Of a stretch of DNA of 64,000 nucleotides, positions 1 through 9,870 are shown one piece after another (the first letter of the stretch is position 1; every line of letters starts with the position of its first letter). Under the pieces are notes generated by a model. It saw nothing but the letters and a program-made list of their open reading frames with translations. It searched no databases and was not told where the DNA came from. Made by a program: the position numbers and the translations under genes. Where the stretch lies: contig JAIVFI010000003.1 in the NCBI GenBank assembly GCA_025558095.1, forward strand, positions 124,001-188,000, written 5' to 3'. The DNA comes from Hyaloraphidium curvatum SAG 235-1 (Eukaryota; Fungi; Monoblepharomycota).

Positions 1-2087
1 AACTGGACATCGGAGGCGCCGCACGGAGCATTTCCATCTCGGGCACCCGTGGGCTGGCGCTGCTCGAGAACGGGACGGCTGTTGCTTTCGGGGAGGGCGA
101 GCCTCTGGGAGCCCCGCCCGCCGTTCCGCTCCGGCACGCGGCTGCGGGTTTCAACCACGCCGTGGGCCTTACCCGGGACGGCAAAGTCGTTGCCTGGGGT
201 CCCAATGCCTCGGTGCCGCTGGACGTTGCCTCCGAGAAGGTCGTCTCGGTCTCGGCCGGCGACGGGTTCTCGACGGCGGTGACGGAGGACGGCCGGCTGC
301 TCGTCTTTGGCAGCAACGCGGTGGTTGTGAACATCGCGCCGGCGGATTTGCGCAATAACCGACCCGGGCCCGTGGCACATTGCGATGGCGGCTACAGCCA
401 CGTGGTGTGCCTGCTCCGAAACGGCACCGTCGTTGCCTTCGGGGACAATGCCTTCGGCCAGTCGAGTGTTCCCAACAACGGGCAGCTGTTCGGCAATTTC
501 ACCACCTTCCCCGACCCCAACCCTCCAAAGCCGACTGGCGACGAGGCAATGAAGCCCCCTTCGGCCACGAGGACGACCGAACTTATCCTGGCGACCGGCA
601 GCGTCGTGAGCCCCACGACGGCTCCGCCCGAACCCACCCCTCTCCCGCCACCGACGCCCGTCGATCCCAACGTCCCGATTTACCGCTTCGGCGTGCGCAG
701 GGTGGTTGCGGGGCCCCGCTGGAGCTTCGCCGTGATGGACGACGGCACGGTGCGCTCCTGGGGCCGCTACGCTGGCAATGCGACCTCGTGGATCCGCATC
801 AAGGACCTTGCCTCGTCGGACCGCGGGGCTACTTATGCGCTGACGACCGACAACACCATCCGCGCGGACTCGCCGCAAGGCGGTCTCCTGGGGGAGTTCG
901 CGTACCCCGCGATGCTCGAGGTCGAGGACGACAACGTGTTCGTGCAGCAGATCGCGGCGGGCGGTTCCTTTGCCATTGCCGTCACCTTCGACGGCCGCCT
1001 CTTTGCGTGGGGCGACTACACCGACGACCCGAAGGCGGTGCTGCCCGTGTCGGGCGTCCGCTCCGTCTCGGCGGGGCTGAACCACGCCCTGGTGCTCCTC
1101 CGCAACGGCACCGTGCGCGCCTTCGGGTTCAGGAGCAGGGTGTCGATCGACGTGCCCCCCGGCCTGAACGCGACCGCCGTCGCCGCGGGCACCTCGCACT
1201 CCCTCGCGGTGCTTGCTGACGGTCGGGTCGAGGCCTGGGGCAGCAACACATTCGGCGAGCGCGAGGTTCCCGCGGAGCTGAGGAACGGCACCGCGCGCGC
1301 AAGGTCGGTGCATGCCGGGACGGGCTACTCGCTCGCGCTGCTGGACGACGGGCGGCTGCTCGGGTGGGGCGCGCAGGGGATGGGGCCCCGGCTACCGCCG
1401 GCGGAGCTGCAGGAGGAAGGAAACGTGCGCTACGTGTCGGCAGGACAGGTGCACGCGCTCGCGCTGCTGCAGAACGGCACCGTCGTGGCGTTCGGATCCG
1501 ACGAGTATGGCGCCGTGAGGGTGCCTTCGTCTCTTGGCGGCCAGCCTGACCCGGCGCCATCTTCCGGACTTTCTGGCGGCGCCATCGCGGGCATCGTGAT
1601 CGGCTGCGTGGCCGGCCTCGCCCTGCTGGCGGGCCTGGCGATGTTCCTCGCGCGTCGGCGGAGGCGCGCCGGCGCCGACCCGTCCAAGAGCATCGCCTCC
1701 TCCCCCGCCTCGACCCTGCACCCGGAGATGGAATCCGCCCCCGTGCTCCGCTCCAAATCTTCGGGCTCGGGCGCAGGCTCCTCCTCCTCCGCCGCGGACT
1801 GCGACACCTCGACGCTCTCCCTGGCCCCCGAATCCCCCCTCAGCCCCGCCCCGCCGAGCGTCAACCCCGGCGACCTGCTGGTGGCGCTGATGCCGTTCGC
1901 GCCGCAGAACGTGGACGAGGTGATCGTCAACCGCGGGGACTACCTGCTCGTGCACGAGGTGTTTGCCGACGGGTGGGCGAGCGGGGAGAACGGGACGACC
2001 AAGGCCAAGGGGCTGTTCCCGCTGGCGGTGGCGATGAAGGCCGAGGACACGTGGACGGTGGAGGGGGCGGAGAGGTTGTCGCCGTGA
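1..2087 (+). CDS. RCC1/BLIP-II repeat ectodomain + Pro-rich linker + single TM + C-terminal SH3 protein (5' partial)
   Basis: Frame is open from the window edge. Repeated AGxxHxLxLLxNGTVxAFG units with many N-x-T sequons; TM GAIAGIVIGCVAGLALLAGLAMFL followed by RRRRR; SH3-like ALMPF..DEV..GD..DGWASG...GLFP. Confidence 0.85.
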   Translation, partial: LDIGGAARSISISGTRGLALLENGTAVAFGEGEPLGAPPAVPLRHAAAGFNHAVGLTRDGKVVAWGPNASVPLDVASEKVVSVSAGDGFSTAVTEDGRLLVFGSNAVVVNIAPADLRNNRPGPVAHCDGGYSHVVCLLRNGTVVAFGDNAFGQSSVPNNGQLFGNFTTFPDPNPPKPTGDEAMKPPSATRTTELILATGSVVSPTTAPPEPTPLPPPTPVDPNVPIYRFGVRRVVAGPRWSFAVMDDGTVRSWGRYAGNATSWIRIKDLASSDRGATYALTTDNTIRADSPQGGLLGEFAYPAMLEVEDDNVFVQQIAAGGSFAIAVTFDGRLFAWGDYTDDPKAVLPVSGVRSVSAGLNHALVLLRNGTVRAFGFRSRVSIDVPPGLNATAVAAGTSHSLAVLADGRVEAWGSNTFGEREVPAELRNGTARARSVHAGTGYSLALLDDGRLLGWGAQGMGPRLPPAELQEEGNVRYVSAGQVHALALLQNGTVVAFGSDEYGAVRVPSSLGGQPDPAPSSGLSGGAIAGIVIGCVAGLALLAGLAMFLARRRRRAGADPSKSIASSPASTLHPEMESAPVLRSKSSGSGAGSSSSAADCDTSTLSLAPESPLSPAPPSVNPGDLLVALMPFAPQNVDEVIVNRGDYLLVHEVFADGWASGENGTTKAKGLFPLAVAMKAEDTWTVEGAERLSP

Positions 2088-2185
2088 TGTTGCAACGGGG
2101 GGAGGATTGTGCTGTGCAGCCCTCGGTATCGTTATGTATTGCTGTCTGTTTGCTTTGGGAATGAATATCTGAATTGAAAGTGACT

Positions 2186-3379
2186 CTATTCGGCATTCAC
2201 TCCCTCGTTGTCTCGCGCAGCGAGCGCCTCTAGCTCTTCGAGCCCCTCGATCTCGGCCCCGTCCAGCGCACCAAGCCCCCTCCAAAACTCGACGACCTTG
2301 AGGGTTTTGCGCGCGTCCTTGGCCTTGTGACCCTCGCGTGGCCGGCAGTACATGCGTCTGGCCTCCACCATGATCGGCGGGTCTCGCACCAAGCTCCGGC
2401 GCAAGGGGCCGAAATCGGTTCCTCGGGGAAGGAGAGTGAGCAAGAGCCGCTTGATCTCCAGGCGCCTGAGAGCAGGGGGGAATCTGGCGCCCTTGAAGCA
2501 CCTGGGGTTGAAGTTGTTGTCCTCGATGACCAGCTCCTCTACACTGGGGATGTTTGGCAGGGCACGCCAGAGGGGCCTGTAACACTGTTCGTCCTCCCTG
2601 TCGGTTCTGATGCAGTCAACACGAATTATCCTGGGCCTGAACTCTTGCTGCCGGGCGAGGCTTTCCAAATGATCGGGGCCTGCGTCGACGTGCCATGACA
2701 CCGTCTTGGCAAGCAAAGACTTCGGGAACCGCTCTGCATCTCGGAGCTCGAGGAGGTTAACCTTCATGTGAGCTTCCTCGAGCGCGGGAAACGCGGTTTC
2801 CAACTGTTCGAAGATGTGGGAATCGTATCCCGCGACCAGTGATAGCTTCCTCACCCGCGGGAACTTTGGGACCAGAAACTCCGTCCGCCCAAACCACAAC
2901 GTGCCCATCAGAATCACATTCATGCTCAGTTTCTCGAGGCAGGGGAAATAGGCGTCCGAGAACACCCAGAAATCTTCGAGCTGGTAAACGTCTATCTCCA
3001 AGCTGGTCAGGCGCGAGCAGCATTCGCGCAAGAGCGTCTCCATGACATGCTCCATTTGCAAAGGATATGCAGTCGTGAGATCCAGCTCCTTCACGTGTTT
3101 CCAGATGCCGCCGTCGGGGAACGCGTTCACGATGGCATGTGCCCAGACTCGGTTACCTCGCAGCCACGCGACGCAGAAGCGCGACATGTGGTGCGGAAGC
3201 AGCAGCTCGTGGAGCGTCCGACAGCCAAGCATCATGTTCAGAAGGGTACGAGATCCAGGCGCGAGGTACGAGCCAACGTTCAGGAGCAGCTCGGGCGGAA
3301 GGAGCGGCGCGTCGTCCGCGGCCTCCGCGTCCGGGGACGCGCTTTCCGACTCCGCCGAACGCTGGGCCGCGGAAGCCAT
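2186..3379 (-). CDS. F-box-like + LRR/RNI-like protein, intronless
   Basis: N-terminal LPPELLLNVGSYL motif followed by LxxLxL repeats (VKELDL, LTSLEI, LEKLSM, VRKLSL, LRRLEI). Confidence 0.7.
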   Translation of the reverse strand: MASAAQRSAESESASPDAEAADDAPLLPPELLLNVGSYLAPGSRTLLNMMLGCRTLHELLLPHHMSRFCVAWLRGNRVWAHAIVNAFPDGGIWKHVKELDLTTAYPLQMEHVMETLLRECCSRLTSLEIDVYQLEDFWVFSDAYFPCLEKLSMNVILMGTLWFGRTEFLVPKFPRVRKLSLVAGYDSHIFEQLETAFPALEEAHMKVNLLELRDAERFPKSLLAKTVSWHVDAGPDHLESLARQQEFRPRIIRVDCIRTDREDEQCYRPLWRALPNIPSVEELVIEDNNFNPRCFKGARFPPALRRLEIKRLLLTLLPRGTDFGPLRRSLVRDPPIMVEARRMYCRPREGHKAKDARKTLKVVEFWRGLGALDGAEIEGLEELEALAARDNEGVNAE

Positions 3380-3459
3380 ATCTTGCTCTTCCGCAAGACG
3401 CGTTCGGGATCGGGTTTGACGCGGCTAAGGCGTGGGAGTTTGACAGCGAAACGCGTCGA

Positions 3460-4891
3460 GCTTGGTCCCTTTGCTCGACGTCTTGACAACGCGCTTTTCA
3501 CCACCTTCTTGCGCTTGCTGGGAGATCGGGCCGAGGATCTGGATCCGCTGTCGGTGGAGGGTCGGACTGTGCGGGAGCAGGTATTCTTGGGTCTGCACTA
3601 CTCGGGGATGGGGCTTCTGTCATCGGAGAAGGTGGCCTCGGCGGCTTACCTGTCTTCACTCAACCTCACGGCGGGCCCCTTGGACGCCATGCTTGGTCTT
3701 CCAACCTCGGCCCGGGGTGTGGGCGTGGAGCACGTGCGGGAACTGGTTCCCGTCATCGAGGCCCTCCGCCCCGCCTTTGAGCGTGTCGAGGATGACACGG
3801 CCGCAGCGTACGCCGAGGCTGCGCGTGCTGGGCAACCGGTGGGCGCCGCGCCCGCCCGCCGTACGCTCCCTGCGGACGCCAGTTTCTTCGCCCAGCCGGT
3901 CTGGCACGGCCTGCAGAGCGACCTTACGCGTCTCGAGGACCAGCGCCGCCTCGCGGCTCTGATTGCCTTGCAACCCGCCACTTCCGCTGGTCTGGAGCGC
4001 CGCAAGCGGCTCGTCCAGGCGCAGGACGGCCTGTCGGCTTTCCTGACTGCCTCTCCCGCGCTGCTTGCCAACCACATTCGCAACAACTTTTTCCGCTTAC
4101 TTGTACGCTTCCGGCTTTGCCTCCCGCTCCTGCACGAGGCCGACTACCCTGGTCTTTCCTTGCCCTGCCGGCGGGGCTGCAAGCGATCGGCCATGTCGCT
4201 GACGGGGGAGCACGCGTTCTCGGGCTGCTATGGCCGGGATCTCTTCAGTCCTGGTCACGACGACATTTGCGCGGCCATCCGCGCGGCGCTTCGCTCCATC
4301 CCGCTCCTCCGCATGCACCCCATGCCGCCAAACCTCCTTGCGCATGGCTACGAGACTGTCACCCCGCCCACGCCTGCGGATGCTGGCCGCCTTGGCGACG
4401 TTCTCATCACGCACCGCGAAACCCGGAAACGGTGGTTGCTCGAGATCAAGACCCTCACCTCTATGGCCCATTTGCACACGGGCCTGGTCTTCTCGGTCCC
4501 GGGCCACGCAGTCGGACGGCGGGTCGAGGCCGCCAGGAAGGACTACTCCCGTTTCGTCTTCAACGCCAACTTCTACCCTCTGATCGTGCTTGCTTTTGAT
4601 TCGTACAGCGCTGTCTCTGCCACTTTCTCGCGCTTCTCCTCGGAGATGGGGCGCATCCAGTCTCCCGGGATCGTCGGCCGCGATGGGCAGCCCGTGGACC
4701 TCGATGGCCTTTACTCTCGTTTTGTGCGGCGCTTCCGCGAACGGATCGCGGTGGCCTGGGCTCTTGGCGTCGCGGCCCAACTCCAACACTGGCTTCAGCT
4801 GTGCACCGAAGCCGCCGCTGTCAACGCTCCGGCCCCCGCGCCGGTCGCATTTGGTTTGAATGTAGATGAGGAGCTGATTCTTGGGGCGTAG
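3460..4891 (+). mobile_element. 5'-truncated non-LTR retrotransposon with restriction-like endonuclease (CRE/NeSL-type); RT core absent
   Basis: ORF carries post-RT LHYSGMGL (GGLG-like), FRLLVRFRLCLP, zinc knuckle CxxxC...H...C plus HD, and PD-(D/E)xK-like GDVLI...LLEIK with KDY and AFDSY. More T-ending codons than flanking genes. 5' boundary is approximate; no TSD or poly(A) seen. Confidence 0.7.
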
Positions 4892-5586
4892 GGGGATTTC
4901 TAAGTGTACGGTGGGATTGCTAGCTCCTCATTACACGCATCAAAGCGTCGAGCCCTTTGGACCTGCACCCTCTGGGCAAACTTCGGCCCAGATGGTTTTC
5001 TGAGCAGAATGTTTTCGCTGCTCCTCGGGAGGCTCTCCGGCCCAGCTGCGGCTCAGCGAATCTGCGACTTTTCCCGCACTCCGAGCTTCCTCGAGAATCG
5101 GGCGTGACGATGAGTTTCTCTAACAACCAGTGCACCGGCAACTCGGCGTCGGACCAGGGCGGCACGGGACGGATAACGACGAGATCTACTCGTTCGATTC
5201 GCTCCCGGGCACCTTCTGCACAGTGTAGATCATAGATCGTAGACATAGTAGGTTTTATTGTTCGAAAGCAAAAGCAAAAGGCGACGGAAACCACCCAGGT
5301 GGCGATTCCCGCCGGACCCTGTCCTTGCCGCATCGCCGCTCCTTCGAGAGGCCCCCTCGCCCTCCCCAAAACCTGCCGGGAGTTTTGCAGATCAATATTG
5401 GTTCCACTTCCGCCAGCTCCATGCACAGCCGCTGCCGTGCGGTGCACAGCATGCCGTCCGCCTGGAGGCGGAAATCGAGCGGAGGTGGCGAATGGCAGCA
5501 GGGGAGTCGCCGCTCGGGCGGGGTCCGCTTCAGGCCCGAAGAACGTACGCCTGCCTGTTCCGGGCAGATACCAGCGGTGGGCCGCC

Positions 5587-5967
5587 ATGGCCGCGGCGGC
5601 GTGCGCGACGCCTGCCGCGCCGCTGTCCCCCGCGCCGCGGCACCCCTCGCGCGCGCCGTCGCTCCTCCTCGTCCCCTCGGCCGCGCTCCCCCGCTTCCTC
5701 GCGGCGCACGGACTTCCCTCGCCGGAATCCCGGGATCCGATTCCCGCGGACGCCTCCGCGATCCCGCGGCCGTCCGACGCGCCGCGGAAGCGCGTGCGGT
5801 TCTTCGAGCACGTCCTCGTGCGGCAGACGTGGCACCCCGAGGATTACGACCGCACACCCGGGGAGGACTCGGTGGGGGCATGGATGGCGTGGAAGGCGGG
5901 TTTCGGCGGGGCAGTTTGGCAGGACCCGCAGCGGGAGGCGGCACCCGAACTGGTCGCGCAGAGCTGA
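5587..5967 (+). CDS. Small (126 aa) putative PP1-binding protein
   Basis: GCCGCCATGG start context; motif RKRVRFFEHVLVRQTWHPEDYDR resembles the RVxF + DYDR PP1-docking module of neurabin/spinophilin and Bni4. Confidence 0.6.
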   Translation: MAAAACATPAAPLSPAPRHPSRAPSLLLVPSAALPRFLAAHGLPSPESRDPIPADASAIPRPSDAPRKRVRFFEHVLVRQTWHPEDYDRTPGEDSVGAWMAWKAGFGGAVWQDPQREAAPELVAQS

Positions 5968-6258
5968 ACGGCGTCGTGGGAAACTCGGACGAGGAGGGCA
6001 CAAAATAGGACAGAGGAGCAGTACGGGCAAGGAAACCATGGCAACGATTTTGACGTTATGTTGTGTACAACTGATACCAAGCAACACGGCAACTGTAGGG
6101 GCTTCGCGTCGAGGGCTGAAGGGCAGCGGCGGCCGCCAGTTGACCATTTCGAAGTCACGAAGGGGAGGATAGGGGAGGTCATCAGGTGGAGGAGATTGAT
6201 GGTTGAGAACGTCGCTCTTTGAACCTGATTCTGGAGCGCCGCGGGTTCCTGAGGGAAG

Positions 6259-6474
6259 CCTGGACAAGCATCTGGCGCGCACCAGCAGCAAGGTCACCAT
6301 CACCGAGGCCGCCGACTGCTGCGACCGGTGCGGGAAGCAGCAGGGCGAGGTGAAGCTCCGCCGCTGCGGGCGGTGCGGGATCGCGAGGTACTGCGCACCG
6401 AGTGCCAGCGCGCGGCGTGGAAGGAGCACAGGAAGGACTGCATCCCCAGGAGCTCGGGGAGGAAAGCGTTGTAG
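6259..6474 (+). pseudogene. MYND zinc-finger fragment with a frameshift
   Basis: CDRC...LRRCGRCGIARYC, then a 1-nt shift at ~6395 gives ECQRAAWKEHRKDC. No upstream start or exon identified. Confidence 0.65.
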
Positions 6475-6549
6475 GGCAAGCAAGATGAGCGCCGTCTCGG
6501 GAGGCACGGCCTTGATCGACACACGCAGTACGTGCTACGTCCGGGAGGC

Positions 6550-7392
6550 CTAGCTGCCGTCTCCCAGCATCCCCCCGGCCCCGCCCGACAAAGAACCATC
6601 TGCCCAACACCCATCCACCAGCCTGCCCGCATACCGAAACACATGGCTGTACGCGTGCGTCCAAGCGACCACGTACTGCCTTGCGCTGTCCGATACCCTC
6701 CCCTTCATCAGGTCCTCCGCCGTCTCGGTGCCCGCGCACGAATCATGCCGCCGCAGGTGGAACAGCGTCGTGTCCCGGCCGCCGAAAACGCCCGCCGCGC
6801 TGTCGAGGTACCGCGAGCGGGCCGACATGTCGAAGACGTGGCCGAGGACGGCCGTCAGTTCCGGGTTGGATTCCAGCTCCGCGCAGGTGAACTCCTTGCC
6901 TCCTTCCGGGGGCACAAAGGGCGGCGGGTCCGGGTCGGGAAGGCAGGGTTGCCGCCGCAAAGCGTCCAGGTAGGCGTCCGAGAGCCCCGCCGCCTCGGCC
7001 CCCTTCAGCAGGAGCGACAGATAGCGCCGCGAAGGCACCATCGAATCGTCCTTGCCGTAATCGGTCCCGGCATAGACGTGCGCCTCCACGGGCCCCTCGT
7101 CCGTCTCCACCACGACCTCGGTCCGCAGGTAGCCGGTCCCGTTGGCCTCGAGGAAGTCCAGCTTCTCGACCGCCCCGTCCCCGCAAAAGTGCACCACGCC
7201 CTCCACCGCGTCCTCCGCGGCGCCGGGGCGCACGGTGGCCATCCCGCCGTCGATCTCGGGGAACCACGAGACGAGGTCGAACCGCAGCCGCCACCCGCGG
7301 AGCGTGCCGCGGACGGAGCGGAGGGGGACGATGCCCTTGGCCTGGAGCGCCGGGAGGAAGACGTTGGAGCCGTAGGCGAAGTAGACGAACAT
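6550..7392 (-). CDS. Gamma-glutamylcyclotransferase (AIG2-like) fused to a cytochrome-b5-like heme/steroid-binding domain
   Basis: YFAYGSN, VEGV, LDFLE and PSRRYL (GGCT fold); C-terminal FTxAEL...AVLGHVFDMS...FGGRDTT (b5/MAPR-like). Confidence 0.8.
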   Translation of the reverse strand: MFVYFAYGSNVFLPALQAKGIVPLRSVRGTLRGWRLRFDLVSWFPEIDGGMATVRPGAAEDAVEGVVHFCGDGAVEKLDFLEANGTGYLRTEVVVETDEGPVEAHVYAGTDYGKDDSMVPSRRYLSLLLKGAEAAGLSDAYLDALRRQPCLPDPDPPPFVPPEGGKEFTCAELESNPELTAVLGHVFDMSARSRYLDSAAGVFGGRDTTLFHLRRHDSCAGTETAEDLMKGRVSDSARQYVVAWTHAYSHVFRYAGRLVDGCWADGSLSGGAGGMLGDGS

Positions 7393-7930
7393 GGCGCGGC
7401 GGGTTGCGGCCCGCGATGGGCCAGAGCACGCGAGGACGCGCCTGTCGACGCGGGTCGTCCCCCGGTCCCCACTGCCGTCCCTTGCCACCGTCAGCTCCAC
7501 TCCCCACAGCCGATTCGATCCCATCTTGAAAGGGCGTCACAGCCACGTATAGAGAAGCAAGGAAATATCTCTAGAAAGCTGGATGGCCGCGATGCTCTGT
7601 CGAGAAGGGCTCAGAGACATCACTAAGATTAGGCGTAAAGTGGCGCCCAGTACGAGCTGACTATAGGGTGGCAAGGGCCGCCTATTGCCTCCAGCGGAAT
7701 AATCAAGCTTCAAGGAATGCCGGATGTCTTCAATCAAGGCTGCCTCCTTGATGAAACGTGAGCCCGAGTCCGAATGCCGGTTTAGCCTCAAAGGGCTAAG
7801 CAGGTGCTCTTCCGACTGTCGGCTCAATCTCGATCCCGCTCTGACCTCCGCCGGACCTGCCGATAGCTATCGGGCGGACGCGTTTCCGCCGCCTGTGGGC
7901 GGATATCCCTTTCTTGAACCGCTTTCCGCG

Positions 7931-9747
7931 ATGGCAACGCGGTCGGGCGACCCGCCGGCACCGTCTCCCGCGGCGGCCGTGCTCGATGGATCGGCCCCGC
8001 CCGATTCCGCCCCGCCGCCGAACGACCCGCCGACGCCGTCTCCCACGGCGGCTGCGCTGGAAACATCGGTTCCCCCCAATTCTGCCCTGGTGCCGGACGA
8101 CCCGGCGACCTCACCCGCCAACGGGACCGCCGATCCTGAGGGCGCCTACGCCGAGGACGTGCTGCCGCACGACGACGTGCCGGAGCTGCCCGCAAAGGAC
8201 AAGGCGGAACGGAAGGCGGAACTGGGCGACGATTCGGTTGTCAAGTGGGAGCCGGGCGAGCCGAGCAACCCGCACAACTGGGGCAAGAGGCGGAACTGGA
8301 TCCTGACGGTGTCCAACGTGGGTGTTCTTCCCGATTCGACGGTTCCCAACGTGCCGACACATTTCCACGCCAGTCTATCCTCGTGCTCAACGCGACTCTG
8401 GCGTCGTCGGCCCCCTCGGGTGTCGTACGGCCGATCCTCGCGGAGCTGGGAGGGACGGTGCTGCAGGGCACCATGCTGATCGCACTCTTCGTTCTCGGCT
8501 ACGTCGTCGGCCCCCTTTTCTGGGCGCCGGCGTCCGAGGTGCTCGGCCGCCGCCCCGTCAACGTCGTGTCGGGCGTGGGCTTCTTCTTCTTCAACCTCGG
8601 CTGCGCGCTGGTCCACAGCATGGGCGGCATGCTCGCCCTCCGCTTCCTGGCCGGCACCTTTGCCGCCGCCGCCCTGACCAACGCCGGCGGCATCATCGCC
8701 GACGTCTGGATGCCGCAGGACCGCGCGATGCCCATGTCGGTCTTTTCCATGATGCCCTTCCTCGGCCCAGTGCTCGGCCCCGTCATCTCTGGGTACATGG
8801 GCCTCTCCTACGGGTGGCGCAGCGTCTTCTACTTCCTCGTCACCTTCTCGGGGCTCTGCGCCGTGGCCACCTTCTTCATGCCCGAGACCTACCACCCCGT
8901 GCTGCTCACCGCCAAAGCGCGCGCGATCCGCAAGGCCACCGGCAATACCGTGGCCGAGTGCGCGAGCCCGGTCGAAAAGGCCGGCCGCAGCGTGCGGCAG
9001 CTTCTGCTGCTCTCCCTCACACGGCCGCTCATGTTCCTCTTCACCGAGCCCATCGTGCTGCTGACCTCGGTCTACGCTGCCATCTGCTACGGCGTGCTGT
9101 ACCTCCTCTTCACCGCCTTCCCCATCATCTTCCAGGGGGTCTACGGGTTCAGCTCGGGCGAGGTTGGCCTCGTCTTCCTCGGCATCTGGCTGGGCTCCGT
9201 GATTGGCCTTTTCGGCATCATGCCGTGGGCAAACAAGAAGTACGTTGCCAAAAAGGACAGCAACGGCAAGTTCGTCCCCGAGGAGCGGCTGTGGCCGGCG
9301 TTTGTCGGCGGCCCCTTGTTCGTGATCGGCATGTTCTGGCTCGGGTGGACGTCCTACCCCAGCATCCACTGGATCGTGCCCGCGCTCGCCGGGCTGCCGA
9401 TCGGTGCCGGGATCATGGTCATATTCATGAGCACGGGATCCTATGTCGTCGACGCCTACTTCATCTACGCCGCCTCGGCGCTGGCCGCGCAGACCGTCTC
9501 GCGGTCGCTGCTGGGCTTCGTATTCCCGCTCTTCTCAGTGAGCATGTTCCAGGCCATGGGGATCCACTGGGCCTGCACGCTGCTGGCGTGCCTGGCGCTG
9601 CTCATGGTGCCGGTGCCGTTCGTGTTCTACAGGCGGGTCTCGCGGATCGGACGGAAGGTCGGACGGCGCTGACTGGTTCGCTCATCCTGCAGGTACGGGA
9701 CCAACATCCGGCTCAAGTCCGAGTACGCGCGCATCAGTGTGGGATGA
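7931..9747 (+). CDS. MFS drug:H+ antiporter (DHA1-like); introns 8318-8373 and 9633-9692 (GC-AG)
   Basis: NPHNW, SEVLGRRP, GPVLGP, PETYHP and PEERL motifs. Splicing restores the C-terminus FYRYGTNIRLKSEYA. Confidence 0.92.
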
Positions 9748-9870
9748 GCATCGCCGTCCGTGTACTTCGGTCGACGCAGTCGAACACGGGGACCTCTTAT
9801 CGACCGCATCGAATCTAGTCGGCGAACCTGGTCGGCGCAGGATTCGGCACGGGACCGCTCTGGTGTTGCG

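Noticed and set aside
3047-3459. N-terminal part of the 614-aa ORF as real protein
   Set aside because: It is mostly the antisense shadow of the F-box/LRR gene; retroelement-like motifs start only after ~3460.
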